A stretch of DNA of 62,891 bases, filler included, from Nemertoderma westbladi (lineage: Eukaryota > Animalia > Xenacoelomorpha): NCBI GenBank assembly GCA_032718475.1. It is 5 parts of 5 records of this genome, joined end to end, with 100 filler letters (N's around TTAATTAATTAA, not from the genome) between each part and the next. Parts side by side here need not be neighbours in the genome. Positions count along the whole stretch, not along the records: positions 1 to 13,165 come from JAUCBJ010002833.1; positions 13,266 to 31,885 come from JAUCBJ010000518.1; 3 more parts are not named here. One strand, given 5' to 3'. Under the pieces are notes generated by a model. That model saw nothing but the letters and a program-made list of their open reading frames with translations. It ran no database searches and was not told the origin of the DNA. Of the stretch, positions 11,785-25,326 are shown piece after piece; position 1 is the stretch's first letter, and the number at the start of each line of letters is the position of its first letter. The translations under genes and the position numbers were made by a program.

Positions 11785-12357
11785 GGCATTAGATACACCA
11801 CTATTGACTATTATCTTATAAAATCACAACATATCATTTCTGCCGTGATATGATCATGACAGAATTACCCTTGCGAAGACCATTATGAACCAGGACTGTA
11901 CTGTACTTTGACCAACTGCATCGTGACCGTACTGTATGTATCTGTGTATAAATCAACAATTTTATTCACAATAGCATACAGGTGGAGGCGCGCGCAGCAG
12001 ATGTACTGCGCGACATCTCAGTACGGTACCGAACCGTCGGTACTCAGTGGAACCGATATGCATTGAAAAACTGCAATAAACAATGATTTTCTTGATCTGT
12101 ACACTACACTACAGTGCCGGTACTGCAGTAGGCCTATTGCGAATTACCGGTACAGTATTAGTATATACCATATAGGCTGATAGGTGATTAATACCGGCTG
12201 ACTGGTAGGCCTACCGACCTACCACAGTACCATTCAGCCCTTTACCGTTACCGACTTGCCGGTAGCGGTAGGCCCACACTTTTACCTTTAAACTTTAACC
12301 TGTTTATTCTCCATTATCTATGGCTGTATGGTAGCGGTAGGAGGAGGCTGTTATTAG

Positions 12358-13163
12358 TAGGGTTCGACCGGAGCAATTTTTTTTGCCGGAGCCGGGTACC
12401 GGACCGGAGCAACCTAAAAGTGCCGGAGCCGGGGCCGGAGCCGGACCGGAGCAACATTGTTTGTTATTTAGCCTTGAGTTTGCCGTAATTAATTTTGCAG
12501 ATAGCTCAGCAGGCTGGCAGGGGGGGGGGGGGGGGGCTCTTTACTGCTTTACATAATCAATTAACGGATAGCATAGATCTGTAGATCTACAGACTGACAG
12601 ACCTATACCTGTATAGGCCTACTGATTACTGATATAATTTAATCTTAATCTATAGGCCTATACCTGTATACGGTCATTCGGGTACGGCCTGACAGCCTGG
12701 CCGATGTACTAGCTAACGGGCAGACTGCAAGACTGGATATTGGGTTATTAAAGTTAGCAGTCTTGCAGTCTTGGGTAAGTGGAAGACTGTCAGACTCAGT
12801 GACTCAGATAAAAGGACAATTCAACGGAAATAGGCCTACAGCTGTACAGCGAAAGACATAGTCAGACAACAGGACAATGCTACAGCAATAGGCCTACAGC
12901 TGTACAGCGTTTAGCCTACGGCCATACTGCCACGCGTAATACAGTCGGCAGTACAGTCTGCCAGTAGACTTTGATCAGTTCGCAGACGGACGTCTGGTGT
13001 CTGGCTGTATGTTTGCCTTGCCTATCCATGTAGCTATGCATCGTGCAGCACAAATACTTTTTGCCGGAGCTCCTGCACCTAATTTGACCGGAGCCGGACC
13101 GGAGCCGGACATGCCAAGTCCGGCCGGAGCCGGAGCCGGAGCCGGAGCTCCGGTCGAACCCTA
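12358..13163. mobile_element. hAT-like MITE
   Basis: TIRs TAGGGTTCGACCGGAGC / GCTCCGGTCGAACCCTA with CCGGAG subterminal repeats. The left flank is GTTATTAG; the right flank begins GT before the gap. Confidence 0.8.
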
Positions 13164-13165
13164 GT

Positions 13166-13265
13166 NNNNNNNNNNNNNNNNNNNNNNNNNNNNNNNNNNN
13201 NNNNNNNNNTTAATTAATTAANNNNNNNNNNNNNNNNNNNNNNNNNNNNNNNNNNNNNNNNNNNN
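13166..13265. other. Artificial contig linker (also at 31886-31985, 45325-45424, 54356-54455)
   Basis: Identical 100-nt N-TTAATTAATTAA-N blocks with stops in all six frames. Confidence 0.97.
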
Positions 13266-14050
13266 AGGAATGACATAAAAATCGGACAGAGGTTTGGTAC
13301 AAGTATGGTAAACAGATGATGGACACTATTATAAAAACAAATGAAAAGGGGCTGTTAAGCCGCATAGAAATGGGAGAAAAAGAATCCAATCCTTTTGCAG
13401 TCGGCCTAACCGGTCAACCGGTAGATATATACAATGTAGGTATGCTGGTATGGTACCGCTATACCGGTAATTCAATATGTACCGGTACCGGACCGGTAAC
13501 GCCCAGGTTTTGGCAGCAGTATACAAGTAGGCAAATGAAGTACTACACAGGTAACTGGATCACACATGAAGTCGCAGCGCTTATTGCAGTACCGGTAGGC
13601 CCAATCATGTGGGGTAAGTAAGCTAGGTGCTGGCTACATTCTGTTCGGACACGTACTGACATAATGACAAGCAGTTCTGCAATTGTACATGTTTAACCCA
13701 GGTTGGTTCGGTAGGTAATTCCATTCGATAATCCGGTTCGAAGTTGTGTGGCGACTAAAATATAGTTTATAGGCGGCAATCACGGTCCAATATAATTAAA
13801 AGGCGGCATAAAGTTAAGACAAGGTATAAACCAGTAAACGGTAACATAAATCGATAGGCCACAGGCAGACAAGTGACAAGGTACCACATAGTACATAATG
13901 ATATTAGATCAGTACCGGTAACAAAGTATATAGGAATAGGCATACAATATATCTAAGAGTTAGTCCGAGGCCATGGCAGGCACAGTATAATAATACATAG
14001 TATGAGTCACAACAGGTTGTCTACTACGGTACTATTAATTTTAATTTCTT

Positions 14051-15651
14051 CTAACATATTGTTATTACCCCCCCCCCCCCCCCCCCCCCGCCCATACGGT
14101 TACACCAGTTCTGGTTCTGTCGTCCGGTGCCTGTAAGTGGGATATTAACAAACGTTTCCATCACTTCTGGCTCCTCGTAAATAATACCCGAGCCAGCCTC
14201 ACTCTCAGATAATCCCAACTGCACCAGTTCCAGTCGGCACTTCTGTTTGGCCTGATATTGCATAAGCCCCCTCAACCAGGCATGCATATCATCCCGCATG
14301 CACTTTCCCGCTCTCTCTCTCTTTCTCTCTATCCTCTCGCAAACTCTGCTCGGCCAACTCTGCCTCTCTCGTCTCCCGCTCTCTACGCTCATTCTCTACT
14401 CTCGCCTCCCATTCCTCGCGCTCCCTACAGTTTCTCGCCACCCTCTCGGCTCTCTCTCTACATTCCCTGGCTAACTCTCCCTCTCTTTCTAATAATGCGG
14501 TTCCCTCATTCAATTGTCTCTCTAACTCTTTCTGGTCTAGCGCCGCAATGTCTAGTTGACACGCCAGATCTATCTCTAACACCCTTCTTGCTTTCGCGGA
14601 GGATGTAGCGGACTTATTGGTCGCGACGGACTCCCGTCGCCTCTCTGTCCTACTAATTTTCCCCCGCTTTCCGGGGTTCTCGCTAACCGACGAGACCGAA
14701 TCCTCGGAGTTAACCTCGGGTTCGCCCTCGTGCGGATCCACCCAACCCACTAACTTAATTCCCCTAGCATCCACTAAATACGGCCCTACATACATTATTT
14801 CAGGCTCCATAACCCCGGATTGCCACAGTTCGAATAGTTCGGTGGTGACCCCCTTCGCTCTCTCACTCACCAGTTCTCCCTGCCCGAAACGAACTAGGTA
14901 CCGGAAGTGTTTATTCGACTCACCTAGTCGCTGGCTCAACTTCCCCTGGTTTACCTTCTCTCCCTCCTTAGCTTCCCTTAGTACTTTCTTGTCCGATCTA
15001 TTGAAAATTTATAATCTACAATCTACCTCCTACATAGTAATTAATTAAATAGGTTCCACCAGCAGGCAGCAGACGCTGATTGATTCTTTGAGAAAGCTGA
15101 AACCGTACAGGGCCAGCGTTATATTAACAGATTTAACGGATTCTTCCAAAGAAGACACCAATAACCGGAAGTAATGGACCGTTAATTTCTTCTTGCATGA
15201 TTGCCGACGACCCATCCACCCCAACTGAGTTCTCGGTACGGGTATTGTATCCCCGCCAAAAACAACCAAGTCTCTATCCACCTCAAGAAAATGAGAAACT
15301 CGATCGAAATGTCTCGGGGGGTATTTATCCGTCCGTAATCGCCGACCACTACGGATTATCCCCGTACCCCTGTAGACATCCCGGTCCCGCAGGCCGCAGC
15401 TTCCAACCCAATTCGAAAACGAATTGGACTCCCACTTTCGCGTCGCAGAGAATGTAATCCTGTTATCCAGTGCGATACACGTCTGTCAGGCGCAGACGTT
15501 CAACCCCTCCCCCAAGGCGATCCGGTCTGTCGCTAAACCCAGATCGCATTGCATTCCTTGTCGACATCGATGTAAGTCTGACTCTTTCCACCGCATTCCG
15601 TGCCCGGAGTAAGAACTCGGCAGCAGCCCGCATTATGATCCGAATGACCAC
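14051..15651 (-). pseudogene. GC-rich coding-like block of unknown identity, including an E/R-rich coiled-coil ORF (14289-~14998)
   Basis: Several consecutive minus-strand frames, broken by stops and frameshifts. No motif recognised. Confidence 0.35.
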
Positions 15652-16499
15652 GTGTTCCCAGTGTAGAAAATATAATCAAACATTACTGCTTTCATTGCTG
15701 CATTGAACACAACTACCGGTATGCAACATACTGCAATCTATAAACCCAGATACATGCTACCGGTAGGCCTACTGGTAAAAGCAGCACAGCAGTGTTTTAT
15801 GTGAAGTAAGTAATCTTCATTTAGCGACATCTTATATGCGCTACTAAATTTATAATGTATGAAAAGACAAATGAAATTCAATATTAATTTTCACCTGTCT
15901 GCTTGGATGGTTGTTTTTAGATTATCTTTCATTTGGTGGTCCAGTTCGGTCCAGTTCGCCACTCTTTCGATCCAGTTCGGTTCATTTCAGTCCAGATTCG
16001 AGTACATAACTATCCTCCACTTCTGGTTAGCCCCGATGCCTTCTACGATATGGAGGAGCATGTTAACTCTGGTTCAAAGTCACCACATCCGAATAAAAGC
16101 GACTTTCGCCTTTGGTACTTATGTGACCAGTGTCCATCCATTACGCAGTCTAGCATACTAGCAGTAGGCTAGTGAGGTATTGCTTGTGCAGTAAGCAAAT
16201 AACATTAGCAGCGAAAACTGATTACATAATAATAAGTAATTATTAATTAAGTAATTAATTATAACAAAAGTACAAAAGCAAAGCAAAATCATAACAAACT
16301 AAGATTACAGCTTAATAAGATAATTTATTGCAATGAGACAGATAAATTACTACGACTCTAAAAGCACATTAATAGTTCAACCAGTTAAGTTTATAGTTAG
16401 TGTACGAGTTCAGCCGGAAGTATCGTCTGTAACCAGAAGTCACGTGCATCCCTACATTTGAGTTCATCGTCCATGGTTATGGCGCAATCCACTACTTCA

Positions 16500-19400
16500 T
16501 TAGAACTGCCCGGCCAGATTGTAGCCCAGTAACCCCGCACCATCACCAAACCCTAGGCCATGCCAAGGTCGTCGACCCCCTCGCAGGCAGAGGGAGCTGG
16601 AGTGAAGGAGTGCGAAGAGCAATCGACGCCGAATGCCCCCCAATACACATGCGAGACCCCTGACATGCATGCTATCCCGCTTAGCGACAAGCATTTCTGC
16701 AAGATGGCGGATTAGAATCTGTGTCTCGGTGCACCAGATGCCTTCGGTGGTGCCCACTAATGGTGTAAATTCGATCCTCCGCTCCTCACAGACAGACCTG
16801 TAGTGGATCTTCTTGAGGCGACAGCGCGCGTCAAGAAGGGACTCCGTCGAACAGTTGGTTTGAGTGTATGAAGTCGCATCCACGTTAATAACGGCTATGT
16901 CAAATGACGCGACTCATTGGTTCAACCAGACCCCCTGTGCAACCAGGTCTGCCTGCACTCCCCCCACCTCATGGCCCTCTCTGTCCAGGTGCCCCAGGGA
17001 GAGGGTCAATCTCGCACTCCATGCTGGAGCTACCGACCACCTTGCCGATGAGGTCCCCAAAGACCTCCAAACACATTCAAAGCACCTCATCATGGCGCAC
17101 AATAATCAACCCGCCAGACTTACAGCTTAGAGCATGTGAGGTGGAAAATGCATCTCCCCAACCTTCGCACTTCGCTGGAAGACCCGGCAGGGTGAGACCA
17201 TACCTCAGGGCCAGTCCGTCCCGCTATTTATCAGGACTCAGATCTGTGTGATCTAGGGTGGATGGCTGTGCCGTAAGCCATCCTCCGATCTTGTGGGATA
17301 CAGCATGCTGTACAGTTCGTTTGCGGGCTGGTGAGAGCGCTGAGACTGCTGCCTCCTGTTGTAGAGTATATTTGGCAGCATGCACCATGGATTGCTCCTT
17401 GATTGCCTCCCGTAGATGCTGTTTGTGGTTGGTCACTTGAAGGGGTTGTCCAGAGTGTATTGCACAGCTGAGGAGGGAGGTTCCATCCACAGATGCTTCC
17501 CTGGCAGTTTCCGCAACCCGATGCCTCCATGTCGAACTGGGAGGAGCAAGAGATTATCCTCCACTGAGCCAGGAGCGTTGCCGAAGAGGGAAGGAACGTA
17601 GTTGTTAATAATAATAAGTGAATTGTTGTGGCTCGTAGTTGTTTATCAGCGCCAATCGAATGGGGATGAAATCGTCCTTACTGGTTGGGACTACACGGAG
17701 GAGATAGTCCCACTCACCCTGCACACAATGGGTCATTCCAGTGTGTGCAGTCTGAGGATACTCCCTGGTGATCTCGGATATCTTTTTGATGGTATCGACC
17801 CACCCCTCGACCTTGGTTGCGACGTATTCCTTGCGGCTGGACTTCGCACCTATAAACCCACCAAGGAACAGATGGCCAGTGATAACCTGAACCCCGGTTG
17901 ATCCAAACAACTCACGTGCCTTCACTTCAAATACCAGCTTCACAACTAAGTAAGACTTGGTTGGTTCAGAGTTATAGCCAATGGAGGGCCCATGAGTTAG
18001 CAGTGCTCCCACTATTCCCAGATGTCTTCAATGGTCCCAGCGTCAGAGGAGTCATCGGCAAACTTTGGGTCTATTGATGTTGCTGTGGCGGATTTAGGGT
18101 TAGTTCTGGTGGAGGTTCAGTTGGCTGGTGCCTGGGTGTAGGTTGCATGTCAGTAAGCGGGATGTCCAGGAGGCAGGCTGGACTCTGCGGGTTTGGTACA
18201 GTTGACCCATGGGTGGTGGGGGGTGTAGCAGTGGACTGATTGTGGAGAGACTGAAGATACTGTTCCAGTGGTTGGCTGGAGCTGTGGTTGGGTGTAGTGG
18301 GCAGTGAATGGTTCGGCTTCCGATGTTGAGTTTTGCGCAGGAGCCGAATCAGAGGAAGCGTGGCACAGCCGTAACCAAACATTGTGAGTGGGTCACCCTG
18401 TGTAAACCTTTCTCGACTCCAAAGGGGATTCTCGCTTCCATGCATATAAAGTGCTGCATGGCCATTGTATGTGTTGTATATGAAACAAGACGCACGATGC
18501 CAATATAGATGGCAGTTCCACAGTGCGATGGGACGGCTGATAGTGTTGAATGCATTGCTGGCATCTACCAGCAACATCCCCTGTGTTGAGTCTTCGTCGA
18601 AGAGGGAGGTCATGGCGTGTACTGCGCCCTCTATCCCGGCCTTCATCCCAGCACAGAGTTGGTCGGCCCCGCTTTCCTGGATGATGTCTGACTTTGTGGT
18701 TGATGCGATGCAGTTGGCTAGTAAACAATAGAGTACCTCCCCTACACCGATTGGGCTAACTCCCGGCTGCTTGTCCACAGCAATTAGTCGACAAGCACGC
18801 AGAGCCCGGATTTCTCCCCATGGCACAATGGTGTTGGCAAGGCAGCAGGCTAGTCCAGCAATTGCTTCACGAAGACGTGAACTGTAGGCATCATACCGTG
18901 TGAGCAATGCGTGCCAAGACTCAGCATCTCCTCCTACTGGACCAGAACTCCCTGAGAGGGATCGTGCGACCTTGAGTACTGTGGTACCCGTAATGTCAGC
19001 CTCCTCGAACTGGGGTGGCGTCACAAAGGGTTCGAACGTGGCCGTGGATACTGGCATCTGAGGGGGGTGTTTGTGGAGAGGACATCCCTAACGGAGACTC
19101 CTGGAGGCTGTCCCTCAGCCTTAGACTCAGGATGAAGAACACCCCCACTATCACGGTCAGTGGCCATGCGAACGAACTGCTGAACGATTCATCCCCGCTA
19201 GAACTTTACGATTGTACAGTTTAGCTGTTTCCTTTGAAGCAGTGGCAGACCGTGATGGAAACCGAGTGCTGCATATTTCGGCCTCAGCTAGGAGTTGCTC
19301 GAATTCCCCATTTCCCACATCTCAATGCACCGAAGTATGGTTCTACGGATGTCGGGTGTCTTTGTTGTTTCTGGGTCTCTTTGAAAGACTGTTGCTAAAA

Positions 19401-21439
19401 AAACAGAGGGGCCTCTCAGAAGAGAAGTTACCACCTGTCACGTTCTCAATCTCACGAGTGAGTACATCAACTACTTTACGTCCTACATTACCGTCCGGTA
19501 CGATATAATGGCGAATGGGCAGATGAGTGAGCCAGGAATGGCGCGCCTTCCACACGATGTCACTGGATGACCCAGGCTCGTTCAGGAATGGGCCACTGAA
19601 GGCTGCCTCTAGGCGTTCTGCGGTTGACAGTCTACTAGCTGGGGAATTGTCGAGAACAGATAGACTACTATCGATCTGAGCTGTAGCTGATAGTGGGTGT
19701 GTCGGTTTCCACAAGGAAGAGAATGGGGTTTTTGCAATGACCCACCGTTATGAGTGAGCATGAAGTGCATGGGCGATTTCCTCTCATGCACCCACACTTA
19801 CCTGTAATGCAGCACCCACGACTGGTGATGGCACACTGGCAACAATGTGGCAATCCTTGGGGTAGTTTCCGACACGGATCCGACATGGCCTGGCTGGCTG
19901 GCTGGCTCATCAAATGGGGGACACCCAACACCAGATGTTGGACACCCGAATCGGGTCGGGGAATACCCAACACCAGATGTTGGACACCCGAATCGGGTCG
20001 GGGAATACCCAACACTCTCTGGGGGAAACCCGACGCTGTCTGGTTGACACCTGATACTGTCTGGGGGACACCCAACGCTATCTGGGGAACACCCGACGCA
20101 AGCTGGGGGACACCCAATGTTGTCTGGGGGATAACCGACGCTGTCTGGGGAACACCCGATGCTGGCTGGGGGACACCCGCATCCAACTGGGGAACACCCG
20201 ACACTGTCTGGGAAACACCCAACACTGGCTGTGAGACACCCAGCACTGTCTGGGGGATACCCAACGCTGTATGAGGGACACCGACACCCGACGCACTCTG
20301 GGGGACACCCGGTGCTGGCTGGGGAACATCCGACGCTGTCTGAGCGACACCTAACTCTGCTGTAGGCCCCACACCCAATACAGACTGGGAGAAACACGAC
20401 ATGGACTGGGGAGCACCCATTCCAGATTGCGGGACATACAACACAGACTGGTGGGCATCTGACACAGACTGGGGGGCACCCAAAAGGGAGGAACCCGACA
20501 TAGACAGGGAGATACCTGACACAAACAAGGGTTCATCCGACTCAGACCGGGGGGCACCCGATACATACTGGGGGGCACCCGACACATTCTGGAGGGCACT
20601 CAACACATACTGGGGGGCATCCGACACATACTGGGCGACACCCGGCTGGCGGGAACCCGATATAGATAGGGGAGCACCCGACACGGGTAGGGGGAAGCAT
20701 GACATGGATAGGGGGGGCAAACAATACGGGCTGGGGAGCACCTGACCCAGACAAGGGGGAGCCTGGCACAGATTGGGAGACACCCGGTTCAGATATGGGG
20801 ACACCCATCACAGACTGGGGAGAGCCCGACGAGTTAGTCGAGTTCATCCAGAGTTGAGTTTATTTGTGGTGTCTCACTTGGTGCCTGGACCCAGCCCTTT
20901 TTCGTTGTTGTAGCCTGACTCCTCCGCGGCGAATTGGTTAACATGTAGTCAAGTACGCCATGGCCCACACACCCGCTGTAACCGGGAGGCATCACGATGG
21001 GAACGGATTCTGAGGCTGTGTGAAACGGGGTCGCTGTCCTATTGGGTAGCTGAAACAACGTTCTGGGAGATGAAGCCAGGGTTATATCATGGTCTACCAG
21101 GGTCTCGTCACCATATTCTCCTGTTGATGATGAGGCAGTCGGTTGGGATGCACTGATGTTTTTGGAAGGCGATATGTCTTGCGAAGTGCCGGATACGAAT
21201 GGCTGCGAAACTGACAGCTCCCAGAGCGTTACAACAACGCCCACTCGCCATCGGAGCACAGGAGGCGCATGGCAATCCCGACCTTGCACACGAGCAACAA
21301 ATTCAGCGACCAGATCTAGGGTTGCAACCACAGCAAGCAGGCATCGCGACAGACGTATACTCCAAGAGGGAGAGAGAGAGAGAGAAGTATCGAACAAACT
21401 TGCTATTAAACCAGACACAGGCAGAATTGTATTAGGCAA
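16500..21439 (-). mobile_element. Decayed CRE-like non-LTR retrotransposon (RT plus C-terminal zinc knuckle / restriction-like endonuclease)
   Basis: RT motifs PIGVGEVL, QLCAGMKAGIEGAVHAM, LLVDASNAFN, QGDPL, and FADD at ~18054-18065. C-terminal H-ALSCKSGG...RHDE, ADLVAQGVW and KKIHY...FTPLVGTTEG. N-terminal Cys cluster CCQC...CGC...CTSC. Stops and frameshifts are present. Confidence 0.8.
19915..20830 (-). repeat. Degenerate 21-bp coding repeat (GVPQxxS/L heptads) in the N-terminal region of the CRE-like ORF
   Basis: ORF 19668-20804 shows repeated GVPQTAS / GVSQTVS / GAPQYVS units. Confidence 0.8.
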
Positions 21440-22029
21440 GTTAGAACTCGTACTGTCCCGTCAGTACATCAGTTACCATCATGTATATTCATGTCATTAC
21501 AGCTTAATTCAACAACAAAATCACATGGCAGCTTCCAACTACAAAACATAACAAGAAGTAAGTCATCAATGGTCAAGCAAAAACTCCTGCCATTGGAGCA
21601 ACCGAAATGGCTAAGGCAATGAGTGAGAGCTGGATTATAGCCCTCCTGGCTCCTTTCTCAGAGTATTGTTACCATATATGGTAATGAAAGTGTTCTATTC
21701 TATAACCTAAGAATCTAACACTATACACAAGCTATTACGTAATGGTGAATTCTTACAAAGGGATTAATGTGGCTATTCATTTTACTATCAAAATACGGTT
21801 GTGGTGGTATTCTTATTAATTAAATATACATTGTAAACGTTATTGTGTTAGCTATGAATATAAATATTGCGCCCAAGTGAAAGTAATTGCACCCAAATGT
21901 TCCTCTGTCCCTAATATGACTTAAAATGACCGCTAATCCTGATTCTCCTGATTCTCCTTATCCTTTCCCCAATTTCCTATAATAAATATTAAGATTTTTT
22001 TTCGTAAATACCAAGTACTGTATTACTTC

Positions 22030-22075
22030 TACTAGGAGCGGCATGCTGCATTGCAGCTGCATTTTTAAGAATGCC
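22030..22075 (-). mobile_element. Extreme 3' end of the RTE LINE
   Basis: TACTAGGAGCGGCATGCTGCATTGCAGCTGCATTTTTAAGAATGC matches ~58400-58444. Confidence 0.75.
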
Positions 22076-22888
22076 GCTTGCATTTGCATTTTGCATTTTT
22101 AAGTATTACTTCAATTTTCTTCTGAATAGCACTAATATCATTTATCTGGGAAAATCGTAAAAAATTTCTTACTTACTAAATAATTCGGACGATTACCTAC
22201 TAAATATAAAATGATGGCTCAGCATTTTAACAGAACTGTTTGTACAAATGAATATTATTAGTGATAAATTATAAGCACTTATAAGCAGACTTATAAGTGA
22301 ATCGGAAATACAGAAGGATACATCATAAACTATACTTTAACAGCCGTTCAGCTCCGAATCAGCTCCAGTAAGATCCAGGGCTTTATACTTCACATGACTG
22401 ATGAGATTCAGTAACAAATTGGGGATAAGAAATAGTTAAATTACGTCTTGATCAAAATGCTCTAAATATATTGCAAATGTTAATTTATACAAACTTAACG
22501 GTTTCTAATTCTAGTTGGATATTATATGAAAAAAATGCCCAAGAAGGAACCAATCAAATCCTTAAATTCGGAACCTACACAAGCAAACAACTTCCAGCGT
22601 TGGTCACTGTTGCCTTTGTGCACAGGATGAGTTCACTCATAGTTCTTCCAAAATCTGGAATAACGATGTTTGCACATCCATCTTATAGAGGTAAATGATC
22701 AACTACGATATATTTATTTATCATTTGAATTTAGGTACAATATATTTTTATAGTTCAGGGGATAAACATTGTAATCACATTTCCTCATAGATTGTACTAA
22801 TATTGTTTATTATTGTGTTTACTTGTAATATTTACCATATGAAATCTTAAGAGATAAATTATTTAGGGGGGGGGGGGGGGGGGGGGGG

Positions 22889-23169
22889 TGTTAATCTTGA
22901 TTCTTTCGTATTATTATTATAAGTTAAACACAATATTCTATCTTTACAATTATTAATTATATTGTCAACACATTATCTTAATTCATAGAACTATACAAAT
23001 ATAATATCAACACATACAGACATAGGCCTAACCACTACAGCCTGTACTGATATACGTACACCTAATCCAGTAATCACTAACACTTTAATACAGCTTTTAA
23101 GACAACAACCCTCCACCGGTCACCAGGCCTTCTTTCACCTATTTATACTGTATAATCTAAACTCTAACA
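22889..23169 (-). repeat. 3' LTR of the copia element
   Basis: TGTTAATC...CTCTAACA, near-identical to 29017-29291. A purine-rich tract lies immediately upstream on the - strand. Confidence 0.93.
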
Positions 23170-24403
23170 CTAGTCTTATTTTTCTAGTTCTTTTCATTAT
23201 TGGTGTAACAGTATAAGTAATTCTCAGAGACTAAAAACCAAACAAACAAATCACCAATAGAGTTTACAAAATAACCATCAAAGCCCATCAAAGGGAATAT
23301 ACTATAAAAGTTCTATAATATTCTAATACATATATCCAATATTTATGAATTATTAATCGTATATTTCAGATTATTTATGCTTGCTTGTTTTCATGTTTCA
23401 AAAACTTCAATATGGCATGGCCGGACATCTCCTTGGTTAGAACATCAGCTAACTGTTCCCTACTTGAAACATGTTGAATAACAAGTCCGTGCAGGGCAGT
23501 TTCTTCACGCAATATTGCCAGATCAATTTTAATTCAGCTGGTTCATTCTTGGTATAATATATAATTTATGATTGTACAAACTTTTCGAGTCTGTTAACAA
23601 CTTAATAGAAGAGATGTTGACATTAATCTCATTCAGCAAGGCTTTTAAATATACTGCCATATCACAACCTTCCAGAGCAGCTAAGGTTTCTCCTGCGAAA
23701 GTAGAACGAACTACACGTTGTATACGCTTTGAAGTCCAGTAAACAACATTACTTGTGGATGAACTGTTATTGTTAATACCAATTATATAACCTCCCTGAC
23801 TCCCACCGTCATTTATGGTTCCAAAACTGCAGTCGGAATATATTACAAATGAGTAATGTTCTGTTAGCTTGAAAGGTTTGAGAACCAGATTAGTTGGGTG
23901 AAATGCCTTTGCTTTTCGAATTAATTTATTCAACAATTGTATATGTCGTTTCTTTGGATCCTTCACACATCCAATCAAAGAAGAAGTTCCAAACGATATA
24001 TCTGGTCGCGTTTGTGTGCCTAACCATTGTAATGTACCTAGAACTGATCGAAATTTTGTTAGTTCAAATGATGACATTGGCGAATCCAGATCTTCTCCCC
24101 TTATCTCCATTTCATTCAACTTGGTAAGATAGTCATCTGCCTGAGATACAGTGATAGTAAACAAATCCTTATCTGAAGTATCACATACCGTCCTTAATAT
24201 TAATCCGGTGTATTTAAAATTGTCCTTGAATTCTTGACCTATGACAAAAACTTTCTTTATTCCCTTAATAATTGTTTCATGAAAATTTGAATTACCTCCA
24301 TATAGAAGATCGTCCACATGAATAATAATAAGACCTTCGACCATATTATTAACTTTATAATATATGAATAAAGATGGATCAAGAGAACTTTGGCCCATTC
24401 CAA

Positions 24404-25326
24404 ACTACTGTTAACAGTTAACAGTAGGCTTAGGTTTCTATACAGAAATAAAAATAGTTTGAACACCGACTCCCGCAAGTTACTTTGCTCTTCTTTAATA
24501 CAGTGTCACATGGACTATGCGTGCTCTTCTTGGTATGAAGGCTTAACCAAACAGCTTAAATGTAAATTACAAGTAGCTCAGAATAAAGTAGTACGATTTA
24601 TTAAAGACTACAAACCTAGGCACCACCTAACTCAAGATGACTTTTCTGAATCTGGACTACTTAACTTAGATAGTAGAGTTAAGCAGCTACGCCTTAACCA
24701 TGTGCATAAAGTGTATAACGGTAAATGTCCCAATTACCTAAAACAAAAATTCAACAGAGTACGCGATACACACTCTTACAGTACCAGAGCCAGTGCTTCA
24801 AACTTCTACCTCCCGAATTGTAAATCCTTTGAATCTGATACTTTCTTTTTTAACGGCATAAAAAATTGGAACGCTCTGCCTAATGAAATTAAAAACCTAA
24901 ATAATCAACATTCTTTTAAATCAGCAGTTAAATCTCACCTCCGTGTGCAATGTAAAAATAGGTACAATAGTCCTACAGTAAGTTATTAGTTTATTAATTA
25001 TTTACTATTTATACTGTAATTACGTTTTATAATAAATTGTTCTGTACCTTGTGTATCTTTATCGTTGAGTCGGGCATTGTCACGCTCTCGGTAAAGTTGT
25101 ACATGTACATAGTGTAATTACGTTTTATATTGGTTTTAGGTTAGCGTAGTGTAATATTGTATTTGTAACCAAGTAACATAAAGGACCCCCTTGGAAATAA
25201 GCTGCAAAGCTTTAGGGGTAATCCTATATGTTATGTTGGACAATACCTTTATACCGGTACATTGTTTGGTGTATTTGTTATTGTTTTTACATAATGTATA
25301 AATAAATCTATCTATCTATCTATCTA
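24404..25326 (+). mobile_element. 5'-truncated CR1/L2-group (Crack/Daphne-like) LINE inserted in the copia RT
   Basis: ORF 24390-24989 has DYACSSW, LQVAQNKVVRFI, HSYSTR and WNALP. Tail is AATAAA+(TCTA)n. TCCAA occurs on both sides; removing the insert restores KNLG-MGQSSLDP. Confidence 0.85.

Noticed and set aside
13210-13221. TTAATTAATTAA as a biological motif
   Set aside because: Identical within all four N gaps; it is an assembly linker.
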